64,000 nt of DNA. It comes from Octopus sinensis. Lineage: Eukaryota. The DNA lies in the NCBI RefSeq assembly GCF_006345805.1, contig NC_043005.1, positions 74,152,001-74,216,000 on the forward strand, read 5' to 3'. Shown here in pieces: positions 39,765-52,670 of the stretch. The position numbers were made by a program, and so were the translations under genes. Position 1 is the stretch's first letter. The number at the start of each line of letters is the position of its first letter. A model generated the notes under the pieces. The model was not told the origin of the DNA. It worked only from the letters and a program-made list of their open reading frames with translations, and made no database searches.

Positions 39765-39993
39765 ACAAGGCCCGAAAATTTTTCTACTCCAGGCACAAGG
39801 CCCGAAAATCCGAGGGGGGGGGGTCAGTCGATTAGATCGACTTCAGTACGCAACTGCTACTTAATATATCGACCCCGAAAGGATGAAAGGCAAAGTCGAC
39901 CTCGGCGGAATTTGGACTCAGAACGTAGCTGCAGACGAAATACCGCTAAGCATTTAGCCCGGTGTGCTAACGTTTCTGCCAGCTCGCCGCCTT
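39765..39993 (-). mobile_element. SINE family B
   Basis: Reverse-complement copy; a 28-bp end segment is duplicated at about 39757-39810. Confidence 0.85.
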
Positions 39994-40340
39994 TTGACAG
40001 TATGAATATAAGTACAGACATGCACACATGAACGTTTACATATTCATTCACGCAAGCACGTGTATTTTGAGTAGATATTCAGTGTTACTATTTGTGTATA
40101 TTAATATTGGCGCGGTTGTCTAAGTCACGCCCACAATTCAACGTGCATGCATGTGTAAAATACCCGTTTGTGCATGCTCATTTAGGCGTGAAAAAGTATG
40201 CACAGAAGATGCTGAAATATGAGAATATTTATTTCTTATTCATATGTTTGTGTAGGTATGTAAACATGTGCACGTCTGCTTGACTAAATGCACACAACCA
40301 TTGTATTATAACTGAGTCGAGAATTAAAAAAAATGAATAC

Positions 40341-40745
40341 TCTTTCACTCTTTTACTTGTTTCAGTCATTTGACTGCGGTCATGCTGGAGCACCGTCTTT
40401 AGTCGAGTAATTCGACCCCCAGGACATATTCTTTGAAAGCCTCGTACTTATTCTATCGGTCTCTTTTGCCGAACCGCTATGTTACGGGGGACGTAAACAC
40501 ACCAGCATCGGTTGTCAAGCGATGCTGGTGGGGGGACATACCCAGACACACAAATATACATACACATACATATATATATATACATATATACGACGGGCTT
40601 CTTTCAGTTTCCGTCTACCGAATCCACTCACAAGGTTTTAGTCGGCCCGAAGCTATAGTAGAAGACACTTGCCCAAGGTGGCACGCAGTGGGACTGAACC
40701 CGGAACCTTCTGGTTGGTAAGCAAGCTACTTACCACACGGCCACT
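40341..40745 (-). mobile_element. SINE family C
   Basis: Same head, body and tail as 9238-9650. Confidence 0.85.
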
Positions 40746-41095
40746 TTTCTTCTACTCCAGGTACAAGCCGAAATTTGGGGAGAGGTAGACGAAGAAAAGT
40801 TATTCAAGTTTAACTAATAATTGGGAGCAAACATTTATCTTTTCAGCATTCTTCACTCTTCGTTCTCTTCTTTTAACCACAACTATGATACAACCATGAA
40901 GCATTGTTCATATTAATGCACAAATGGTTGACTGTACGCTATAATTTGCAACATAGGCAAAGGGCCAATAAATTTTGAATGCATGTCCATAGCTAGACAT
41001 ATTATTCTCTCTATCTGCCCGTCTCTCTTTCTCTCTCCTCTTTCTGTCTGTCTCGCTCTTTCTTTTTTTTCTCTCTCTCTCTCTCTCTCTCTGTC

Positions 41096-41165
<70 letters not shown>

Positions 41166-41193
41166 CATCATGATCACCATGATCATCATGATC

Positions 41194-41240
<47 letters not shown>

Positions 41241-41331
41241 CATTATTATCATCATCATCATCATTATTATTATTATTGTTGTTGTTGTGTTGTTATTATT
41301 ATTATTATTATTATTATTGTTATCGTTATTA

Positions 41332-41386
<55 letters not shown>

Positions 41387-41408
41387 CATCATCATTATTA
41401 TTATCATT

Positions 41409-41859
41409 GTATTAAAACTCACAGCTTATATTGCTGGGTATGATTTAAAGTGTCAGCTGTCCACAGCCAATTGTAGCTAATTGAGAAATTACTTATCTTG
41501 TAGTAAAATCTAAACGTTTAAAATCTGGTCAGAGCTTAAATTCCTGCACACATACACTAAGGTATCTATTGGCTCGCTATAAACTATTCTAATATATAAT
41601 ACAACTTTTGTCTTCTGTTAGATAAAGAACTATAAGTTGTTGCAGTTATTTCTTTGGTAGCTTACTTAACCTCTTTCCTAAAGAGTTTCCAATTTCCGGT
41701 TACTCCCCACTTCACCAATGTAACACATTCCATTGCTTCGTACCGTATTTGCTTCAAGATTTCTGTGAAGAATTCTTGCAGTTCCAAGCAATGCTGAATT
41801 TTGTAGGTGTTCTACCTTCACACTTGCACCGATTTTTTCAGCCATGCTGGTAGTTAAGA

Positions 41860-41861
<2 letters not shown>
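41409..41861 (-). mobile_element. 5'-truncated Dong/R4-like non-LTR retrotransposon fragment between (TAA)n tracts
   Basis: Minus-strand VEHLQNSALLGTARILHRNL matches the C-terminal LQKxALLGTARILRxxL motif of R4/Dong-type RLE LINEs; (AAT)n-rich tracts lie on both sides. Confidence 0.7.
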
Positions 41862-41898
<37 letters not shown>

Positions 41899-41934
41899 TA
41901 TTATTATTATTATTGTTGTTGTTGTTGTTGTTGC

Positions 41935-41965
<31 letters not shown>

Positions 41966-42071
41966 GGTGATGATGATGATGATGATGTTGTTGTTGTTGC
42001 TGTTGTTTTTGTTATTATTATTATTATTTTATTATTATTATTATTATTATTATTGTTGTTGTTGTTGTTGC

Positions 42072-42102
<31 letters not shown>

Positions 42103-42141
42103 GGTGATGATGATGATGATGTTGTTGTTGTTGCTGTTGTT

Positions 42142-42183
<42 letters not shown>

Positions 42184-42788
42184 TTATTATTATTATTATT
42201 ATCATCATGTTAATTTCTTACTTGTTTCAGTCTTTAGAATACAATCATTCTGCCTTGAGCAATTTTAGTCGTACTATTCAACTCCAGTATTTGTTTTCTT
42301 TTCTTAAGCCTTGTACTTATACTAGCGGCTTCTTTTGCTGAACCGCTAGGTTACAGTGACGTAAACACACCAGAACCGATTGTCAAGCGGTGGTTGAGGA
42401 ACAAACACAGTCACAAATACACGCACACATACGCACAGACACACGTACACACACATACACACATATACATACACGCCCGAACACACACACACACACATCA
42501 TCATCATCATCAACAGCAACCCATGGACACTGTTGGTTCCGGTTCTAGGACTCATACCCGGTCTCCATGTCGTATAAATTACCAAGATCAGATTATTAAC
42601 CCTCCTCATGTCCGTGTATATGTGTGTGTATGCGTGTGTGCGTCTGTGTATACAAAGATACTTGCATATGTGTATATATATATATATATATTATATATAT
42701 ATATATATGTCCTATATATATATATACATATATACATACATACATGTATATATATATATATATACACATATACATACATACACACACG

Positions 42789-42820
<32 letters not shown>

Positions 42821-43184
42821 ATTCCAAGGAAGAGGTTGTGAATCTAACCAACTAAGGGATAATATCTATGCAATATACTACTGGTAGAATACCTAATTAT
42901 TAATACACAAGTGTTTTTTTATTGCGTGGCAATTACACTACTGAATGTAATAAATGGGTGAGGGTAAAAAGTTATTTTACCCTTAAATTATACGGCAATA
43001 AAAAATGGAGGGGACCAAGAGGTGGTATTCATCAACTTTTAGACATTAAATTATGTCTATTTATTTATTTTTTAAAAAGACAATTATAACAATATACATA
43101 TATGTATAACAGATTATGCTTTACATATATAAAAATACCAGTAATTATTAAAATATATAACATAGAACATAGAAAGTAGAATAG

Positions 43185-43310
43185 TTTCTTACAGCTGTTT
43201 CAGTCAAGAGGTCACAGTACCCCACTTTACTTCCATCCCTTCAGTGAAACGAAGTATTTGGTAGATAAAATTAAGGTACTTGGGTGTGCCTCTGGGCTTC
43301 GTCAGAGAGT
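43185..43310 (-). ncRNA. Hammerhead ribozyme motif (partly decayed)
   Basis: Minus strand reads TCT-CTGACGA-AGCCCAGAGG..CCTCTTGACT-GAAA-CAGCTG-T-A-AGA. Stem II pairs 8 of 10; palindromic stem III ACAGCTGT. Confidence 0.55.
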
Positions 43311-43491
43311 TTAATAAATAAATAGACATAATATAATGTCTAAACGTTGATGAATACCACCTCTTGATCCCCTTCATTTTCTTATTGCCGTATATATTAT
43401 ATATATATATATATATAAATATGTATATATTATATGTGTGTATGTATATATACACACATATACACACATATACATATATATATATGCATTA

Positions 43492-43575
<84 letters not shown>

Positions 43576-44760
43576 AACGTATTAGCACAGCGGTGTGCTA
43601 ATCAGAAAACCTGATTTAAATTTCAGAAACCCGAGCTTTAAGTGAAAGACAAGAATGTTGACACGTTCCCTCGAAGCTTTTAGTGTGCGTAAAAACAAAA
43701 CAAAACAAAATATGGTTGAATTTCTTAAGTGACTGCTTCACGGTCTGTCACACGCCCCTCAGAGGAAACGGACTCGGTCTTCTTCTGTGTGGTGCAAAAA
43801 AATATACATAGTAAGTAATGATGAATCATTATTTTAAATCATTATTTTAATTTGCAAATCAAGCTACTCGACATAGGTATTATATGGAAGACGGTGTTAT
43901 ATGTAAGATGAATATTCTATGTAATTATTTAACGAAGGAAACTATACATTTTCTCTGAGGAGGGACCAGTGTAGAAAGATCTCTCAGAATAAGTACCAGG
44001 CTGAAAAATAAGAATTAGATCGATTTGTTTGACTAGAACGATTTGCAAGACGGCAGTCCAGTAACTGAAACAAGTACAAAATGAAAACGATAAAGATCCC
44101 AGAAATCAATATCCATGAAAAAAAAAAGGCATGAACGTTATATCGCCATATTACTATTTCTCTTTCCATAATGGCTTAAAAATTCATTAATAATAATTAG
44201 CATTCTCTGAATTCGTGCACAAAAGAAAAAAACCGAAAATTAAAACAGAGGTGTGTCCACGAAGATGTCTAAAACATAAAAGTAGGGCTGGCTCGCATGG
44301 AATAGATACCATAACAGCTGGGGATTCCATTTACTTGTGTTTTGTTATTGATAGTAAGTACATCATGTGATAACCAGCTGGTTAATGCATATTGCATATA
44401 CTATGACATTTCGCCACGTATCTATTATACGACAATTTGTAATGCATTGCTAGGGATTGAAAATTGACACATGCTATTAAGACTAAAAACAAATAAGGAA
44501 ATAGATTTGTGGGTGATTTTCTTAATGGTAGAGGAATAATGAAAAAAAAACACGACACAGGGATAATGAAAGGAAAGCATTTGGATAGACTCATACGAAG
44601 AAAATATATAAGAATGATAGGCCTCATTTCTGAATTTATGTACATTAATTCATTAAACATGAATATATATATATATGTATGTATATACATATATATATAT
44701 ATATGTATGTGTGTGTGTATGTATATATACGTCTATCTACTTATATGTATATATATATAC

Positions 44761-44805
<45 letters not shown>

Positions 44806-45148
44806 AATATACATATATGTGCATATATATTATATAATTTATATATGTAATTATCAGAATTATATAAAAATACGTTTAATTTTTTTAATTCACCGAATAA
44901 AAATTACACACAAACGCACACACACATAGATTCTATGATCGAATTTCTATATGTATGTGAATAAATACGTATGTATATAATTATATATACTTATGTGTGT
45001 GTGTGTGTAACTAATGATAATATACGTTGCAGTTTGTATCAAGCAATCTATTTCCCTCCCTTTCTATGATAAATTGTCTAATTCTCAATAGAAACGCTAT
45101 TTTGCTGCAAATTGCCCAATACTTAGTTTTGTGATATACAACTTCTAA

Positions 45149-45531
45149 ACGGCGAGCGGGCAGAACCATTAGCTTGCCGGACGAATTGCTTAGCGGCATT
45201 TCTTCTGGTTCTATGTTCTGAATAAAAATTTCGTCGAGGTCGACTTTGCCTTTCATCCTTTCGCAGTCGATAAAATGAATACCAGTCAATGATATTGAGT
45301 AAGGCGGCGAGCTGGCAGAATCGTTAGAACGCTGGGCGAAATGCGTAGCCGTATTTCGTCTGCCGTTATGTTCTGAGTTCAAATTCCGCCGAGGTCGACT
45401 TTGCCTTTCATCCTTTCGGGGTCGATAGATTAAGTACCAGTTACGCACTGGGGTCGATGTAATCGACTTAATCCGTTTGTCTGTCCTTGTTTGTCCCCTC
45501 TGTGTTTAGCCCCTTATGGGTAGTAAAGAAA
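45149..45531 (+). mobile_element. Two tandem family B SINE copies
   Basis: Heads at 45149 and 45301. Confidence 0.85.
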
Positions 45532-46700
45532 GAGATATTGAGTAACCCCTCCTCCAAGTCTTCAGGTATTGAGTCTATAGTAGGAAAGGTATTACGCGAG
45601 TTCAGTTATTCTTTGGGTTTGTATGAACAAAAGAACTTAGATGGCGGCATATAGAGTGAAATAGGTCTGATATTTTGTAAGTACTATGACAATTCTTGAC
45701 GTCACCGAAGTATAGACTGACTTGAGCACACCGGATGATAGAAAGAATTTCAAGGACTATAGACTTCTTTCGTTAATTATTCAGTCATCAGATAATTGAA
45801 GTTGCAGCAACTGTAACAGCAATAACAATAACAACAAAGAGGGACTAATTTGATGATGTCCTAGATAGACTGTGCCTGAAAAATAAATGACACGGTAGTT
45901 AAAGTTGGAATGTCTTTCATCGTAGGTTTTCTCTCCGAGAAAAAGGCATATATTGTTTGTCATGGGACTAAACTATGTTTGTCGAATATTTTCTTTTGCA
46001 AAATTGCATTGTCGAATATACTCCGCAAATGCCATCTGGCTGAAAGAGTTTATATTTCCTTGTGTTGGGTTACATTAAACTATTTACTAACGAATGACAG
46101 CGTAAGACAAGCATTCTCTAAAGTGCAATAGACGATAAGTAGCTTGTTGGCTGTTTAGTAACTGAATGAAATGACAGGGAAGGGTTAAAATCAGTCGATA
46201 TTTGGATACAGGTATTGAAAGATGCGCTAGTAGTGACTTACCATATGTCGTTCTCTGCAATTTAAACAGTATTTGTTTCTCCTTTCTCGGTCTCTCCTTC
46301 TCAATCTCTCGCATTGACTCTATCAACAAAATTCTGTCAAAGCATTGACAGTATCAAGAATTCCACCACCACCACCACCATCAACCCCGCCTCCATAAAA
46401 GACAACAAAAACAGACAAACATGTAGTATGCACTTAAGGAAGAAGCATATACAAGCTACACATGACAAGAAAATAAAATGAGAATACAGACACAAAATAT
46501 GTCTTTCGTGTAGGAAATGTTTTAACCAAGCCCGCCCCTATGCTAAATGAAAGAGTCTTAGTGTTGAAAGCTCAAACTCACGTACTATGCTACCATTTTT
46601 CAGCAGTTGTTTTGTTGTCTGATGACTACATTGCTAAGCAGGGTTTTACATATCAAAGCCAGACGATAAATATGGAACGATGTTAACTCTTTATTTCATA

Positions 46701-47081
46701 CTAGCAGCTAAGCCCGGTGTTCATTTTCGGTTAGGCATAATCTATAAGAGCGTTTCTTAACCATATCATTTCGGGCCCCCTGTTTCGATTGGAGCCTCCA
46801 GCTGTATGAAAATTTCCTGATCCCACCCCGTCAGAAAACAGCTTCTAAGCAACTGATTGTTTTAATGGCGGAAGAAAGAGGGGAATTCCATTAGAAAAAA
46901 AGATTTAATCGATTTTCTCGGTAAGTATGGGGGTTAAGGAAAAACTACAACCCGCATTCCAATCTATGCACCCATCTCCACATGTGTGCCATTTTTCACG
47001 TGAATCCACCCAGCCGTTTGGCTGTGAACCTCAAGACAAGAAAGAATACAACGATCGCCCATGTCCAATTTATCTTATAGA
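46701..47081 (-). mobile_element. Non-autonomous Helitron-like element (degenerate)
   Basis: CTAGCAGC 3' terminus with decayed hairpin (gcccggtgtt..), as in the other Helitrons here. The 5' end is approximate. Confidence 0.5.
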
Positions 47082-47338
47082 CAACAGACAAATCTTCATA
47101 TCTCACTCTACTGTCTGGAAAATAAAAGAAGACGTATTGGATAATATACTCCCGATGACTCTCTTTTAAAAACAGGGTAATAAAGACGGACTGATCACAT
47201 GACTGTTCGACCGGCTAAATAGCAATAATAGCAGCAACAATTGTAATTCATCACCGTCGGTCGGTCAACTAGATATGGTAACTAAATACTCTTCAAATCA
47301 CATCACAAGTCTTAAAAATGAAAGGGTTCATTAAACAA

Positions 47339-47746
47339 TCTCTCTCTATATAAAGCTGTTGTCTGTGAGTGTGTGTGTGTGTGGCAGGTTTGGTAGCCTT
47401 CAACTAACACTATCTCCTACGAGACCCTGCGGCGCAAGTTGACCAAAATTGAGAGTATGATAGAAGAAGAATGGCTCTTCCTTTCGTAGAAGTAAAAATT
47501 AAAATCGGACCATGTTAACACCAAAAATTATTCACATCAAAAAGGTACTTTTTTTTCTATGAAAATCGCTACCTTTTACGATTTTTTGACTGTTGTGTCG
47601 CCATTTTTCGATGTATTTCAACCAGAAAAATGTTCACTTAAAGAGAATAACAAGCTACATAATGCAAACATTTTACTTTTCAAAAATTCCAATTCTATAG
47701 GGTCGAAAAGAAAACAAGCCCGAGCAACGCTGGGCTGTACTGCTAG
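47339..47746 (+). mobile_element. Non-autonomous Helitron-like element
   Basis: A|TCTCTCTCTATATAAAG.. start, hairpin GCCCG..TGGGC at 47718-47735, ..CTGCTAG|T end. Same family as 51163-51556. Confidence 0.8.
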
Positions 47747-48240
47747 TATTGAATATACGTATGTATGTCGGTGCGTATGCATATATGATTATGCATGTGC
47801 ATATGCGGGTATACTAATGTAGATATACAAACTAGATTTAAAATGTGTGAACGTATGTCTAATATATACTCATTTAAAAGCATAAGCTAATGTATATGTC
47901 TTTAAGTATATGTATGTTCTAAGGTCGAACGAACGGTGACAGTCTAAATCTCCTTACCACAAAGTCTAACGTTTTACCTAAACAACCTTCCTGAGTAAGT
48001 TTTATACAGCCATGCTTGCTCTCTACTAACTTTTTTGCAGTGGGTCAGGTCTATAAACTAATTAAGGTAACAACTTGAAAAATAAGAATGCTTTGATCTT
48101 GTTGCTCTTAGAATATCCGATTACTTATTCAATTTCTCTTTGAATTCGATTGTTCTTTTTTAATGTATCACTTGTTCATCATTGTAGCTCATGAATGGGT
48201 CATGTTCCGGTTTTACGTTGCCTGTCTATGTGTTTGAAAT

Positions 48241-48320
48241 CGACCTGATGATGGTGGGTTTTTACTTTGATATAATCTAAGAATGCATCAATAAAATGCT
48301 ACCGAAACAGCTGTAGTGAA
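48241..48320 (+). ncRNA. Hammerhead ribozyme motif (stem I decayed)
   Basis: CGAC-CTGATGA-T-GGTGG..CTACC-GAAA-CAGCTG-T-A-GTGA. Confidence 0.5.
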
Positions 48321-48775
48321 TTTTAAGCCCCACATATGTACTTCTGTTATACATACACTACACATGGAACCAATCCTGTGTCGGACCTACGCTTTATATT
48401 GGAATTTATTGGATCTAGTACTTATGTGTATATGTATGTGTGTGCGTTTGTATGTATGTATGTATGTATATATATACATATATATACACACAGACATATA
48501 GATACATATATATACATATATATACTATATTTACTATATATATATATACATATATATATATACATACATACTTACATATATATATATATTTATACATATG
48601 TGTGTATATATATATATGTATGTATATACATACTTGCAGTACACTACCAGCTACCAACTAATAACAACTTGTTTTACCTTACAGTAGGCTGAGTACTAAG
48701 TACTCAGCCAGTCCTGACATCCTACTTGTTGATATGCCTACATTCTAATGCATCCTGTAACTAATATGTCTCTGC

Positions 48776-48811
<36 letters not shown>

Positions 48812-48812
48812 G

Positions 48813-48875
<63 letters not shown>

Positions 48876-49371
48876 ATGTGTATATATGTATATATATATA
48901 TATATACGTACGCATGTATGTATGCATGAGTGATTATATAATGAATGATGTTTTAAAAGACGAAAGTAATGGATATACTAGTACACTATCTGTTCAGATT
49001 TATTATTAAGCGTTTGATGGAGAAAGATAAACCGTATCATATGATTGCATATATAAGAATATCTTCTTGCTGAAGAATTTCATGTATGTAAGTATTTATG
49101 TATGCTTATATGCCTGCGTCTATGTATGTATATATCTATGTACGTGTATATGAACGTTTGTACGTATGTATAGATATATGCATATGTCAACGTATGTGTC
49201 TATGTGTGTCCGTATATAAAGAAAGCACTATTCGTGTTTTACCAAAGTCTTCATATCTGGGAGTTTTCTTTTCTGAATCAGCTTTACCTCTTCAATAAGA
49301 CAGAAAAGTAGTTTCTGGTCTACTATGCTAATAACAACACATTCTTTAAGGCATCATCTTTCTCATCACAG

Positions 49372-49422
49372 CGATGGCGATAACGATGATGATGACGATG
49401 ACGATAATGGTGGTGGTAGTTG

Positions 49423-49459
<37 letters not shown>

Positions 49460-49850
49460 AACGATAATGGTGATAACTGATAATGATCACAGTGATGACG
49501 AAGACTATAACGATTATGATGATGATGATGATGATGATAAAGATGATAGCGTTGATGATAATAATGAAGATGATGAGGACGATGACTGCAGCGATCACTA
49601 CCACAATCATCATAACCACCATCAACACGAACAGCACCACCGTCATCAGCACCACTGTCATCAGCACCACCATAAAGCAACAGCGGCAGCTGCAGCAGCA
49701 GCAGTCGTAGCAGCAGCAGCAGTCGTAGCAGCAGTCGTAATACCAGCGTTAAGAACAGCAGCAGCTACGGCAGCTGCAAGAAGCAACAGCAGTTGTACCA
49801 CCAGCAGCAACAGCAACAACAGCAACGCCAACAATGTCGGCAACGATGAT
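49372..49850. repeat. Compound triplet-repeat tract (GAT/CAT/CAG/CAA)
   Basis: Mixed trinucleotide runs with internal frame changes. Confidence 0.9.
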
Positions 49851-50651
49851 AGGCAAACACTCCATCAAAGTTCTTTTATTTCCGTTCCGTGAAATCCGAT
49901 CGATTCGAGTAGGAGTAAATAGTATGACATCAAAGCCGGCTGATAAATATGACCTTTGTCAAAAAGACTGTTTACTTTCGCAGCAGCATCTATGTGCTTA
50001 ACTATCTCTGCAATCGTTGCCATTCCATTCTTCAAGCTTAAGCGAAAGGAAAACTTTCACACCTTCTACATGCAGATGCCTTATTTTCAAAATATCCAAA
50101 TAACTTTCTCAGCCAAAAATTGCACCGAGATACTTTGAATAGACACCGCTCATTAATATCGACATATGTTTTTCGGTTGCTCTTTCAACTAGTGCTTTTG
50201 TGTGTGTGTGTGTGTGTATGCAGCAGAAATTTATAAATAACAAGACCGTTTCGGTTTTTTTTTTTCTGATGGCACGTACCAAATTTTTTTGAATTGAATC
50301 TGTTCCTTCCATACTTTGATCAAAACCTTGTACATAGAAAGATTCAGTTGACTTGAGATAGTTTCTTTTTTGCTTCTTTAAATCTTTGCCTGTCCTATAT
50401 ATCACATGTGACACATAGCACATATTTTCCTGGCATCCGTGCATCATATATGATACAGATTCCCAGTATTTTTTCAAATACTAGAGTAACTTGGGACTTA
50501 TGAAAGAAAAGCTTTATACTACCCAGAACATAAGAACCAAGGGCTAAATAAAGGTTTGAAAACAAATATGGACATTTAGGATAAATTTATAAAAATGCGT
50601 TGGACAGGTTAAGCGTTTAAGTAGAAGCGGCATAAAATAGTTTAATACCCA

Positions 50652-51885
50652 TCTATTATATAAAATCTGCTCTGTCTGTCTGTGTGTCTTCTAGGATCTC
50701 GGGCATCTTCCATCCGATTGCGCTCAAATTTGATATGTAGATACCGACGGTATCAGGGCGTGTATAAGTCTTGAAAAAATTACAAAAATCAATTCCAGGT
50801 GAGAATGCAATCGATAAAGCCGTGCTATCGTACATTTGTACGCGCAAGTACATCAGCTGTTGCGATCGATACTACGCGTACGCGAGAAAAATGCACGGTG
50901 TCTCAAATTTAGGTGAAATCCGTGTTTCTCAAAGGGGCGGCCTATGGGATGGTCGGACAAGTTGTTTTGAGAAAATTTGGTTTAAATGTTTGACAACTCA
51001 GCACCGTCCATTGGACGGGGGGCGTTTTGCTCGTAACTCATATAAGTTTTTAGTTCTTAAGTTGTAATCGTTGAGTTCCGTGACAAACCAGATCGAGCAA
51101 ACGTTTTAGGAAAGGCGTTCAAACTCTGACATTATGCAACATGTTTCTCTTTTATGACATTACTAGCAGTATCGCCCGGAGTTGCTCGGGTTTGTTTCGA
51201 CCCTTTAGAATTGGAATTTTTGAAAAGTAAAAATTTTGCATTATGTAGCTTGTTATTCTCTTTAAGTGAATATTTTTCTGGTTGAAATGCACCAAAAAAT
51301 GACGACACAGCAGTCAATAAATCGTAAAAAATGGAGATTTTCATAGAAAAATAGCACCTTTTTGATGTAAATATTTTTTGGTGTTAACATGGTCCGATTT
51401 GAGTTTTTTCTTCTACGGAAGGAAAAGCCAGCCTTCTTCTATCATACTCTCAATTTTGGTCGACTTGCACCGCAGGGTCTCGGAGGAGATAGTGTTAGTT
51501 GAAGGCTACCAAACCTGCCATACACAGACAACTTCAGCTTGATATATATAGAGAGATAACGCGATCTGAGGGGAATTAACTTGCTACTTCTTGACTATCA
51601 AGAAACTATGTGAAAGTATTGTCCTTAGATATTTGAGACTGGAAAAAATTCCTTGGAGTAATGGCGTGTCGAACTAATTAATTTTCTTAATTAATTATGT
51701 GTATCACAGTTCATTTTGCCTAAATTTACATTGTAATTTATCACAGCTGATGTCAAAACTAATTACCAACAATAAACTAGGATCAATAGAATGGACTGGA
51801 TTTCTATTCCACAAAATGTGGCAACGTGCATAAAGTAAAATAAAAATAAATAAATAAAATCAGCCGAGCGCAGCGGTGCCTAAGT
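50652..51885 (+). mobile_element. Helitron/Helentron-like element, probably interrupted by 51163-51556
   Basis: A|TCTATTATATAAAATCTGCTCTGTCTGTCTG start is typical of these elements. The putative decayed 3' hairpin plus ctaagt at 51863-51885 is uncertain. Confidence 0.45.
51163..51556 (-). mobile_element. Non-autonomous Helitron-like element (inverted sister of 47339-47746)
   Basis: Reverse-complement similarity along its whole length to 47339-47746; TC and CTAG termini, hairpin, A|T site. Confidence 0.8.
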
Positions 51886-52350
51886 CGACAGCGTATGAAT
51901 AACGAAGTCATTGGGACTCTAAGTGCTAGTGGTCGTGCAAATAGGCCACACGAAGTTGACTTGCTCTAGAGGTACCATGTGTCGGATTAGAGGCAGAGAG
52001 AGAAGAGGCGTAAGAGAGAAAGAGAGGGCGTGTTTGTACTTGTGCTTGCCTTCGAGTGCACGTTTCCGTGTGAAATACGATCAATTAAGTTTAGAAGCAA
52101 TCATCAAAAATGAGTGGGGGAAAAGATATGGAAGGAGAATTGATCAAAGTGAAACGAAATTACAAAAGTCACCTTGGAAAATATATTTGTGATAAAAGAA
52201 ACAATGAATGTGTGTGTTCATATCATGTAGATCATAGTAGCCATTCCGTAACGTCTGATATAATTTTGTATCAGTTGTTTTGAATGGTGCGGAATCTTAT
52301 TACAAACATCCACTTCGAAAATACACGTTTTAGAGTTGCTCGCACGGACG

Positions 52351-52394
<44 letters not shown>

Positions 52395-52670
52395 TACACA
52401 CTTATGTTCAGAGGCTTCTTCTCTCGTAAACACACATATACATACCACCAGAGACTTACACACACGTAAATACACTGACATACACATATGATAAAATAGC
52501 ACACATCCGTGCGTGTGTGAGTGCTTGCGCGCGTCCGCGTGATTGGGCGTTATCTGTATTCTATAAAATTACTGTCACAGTATGTGTCTAAGTGTTATGC
52601 TATTAATAATCTTAACTATCGAAAAAACTTAATTTTTTTAACATAATGAAAGACATAATACAGTTCTATA

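Noticed and set aside
49372-49892. 172-aa ORF with a phase-1 acceptor (cacag|CG ATG), a candidate second exon of the secreted protein
   Set aside because: It would begin with poly-Met/Val, the natural poly-Asp frame breaks at an internal frameshift, and the tract looks like the other non-coding triplet complexes.
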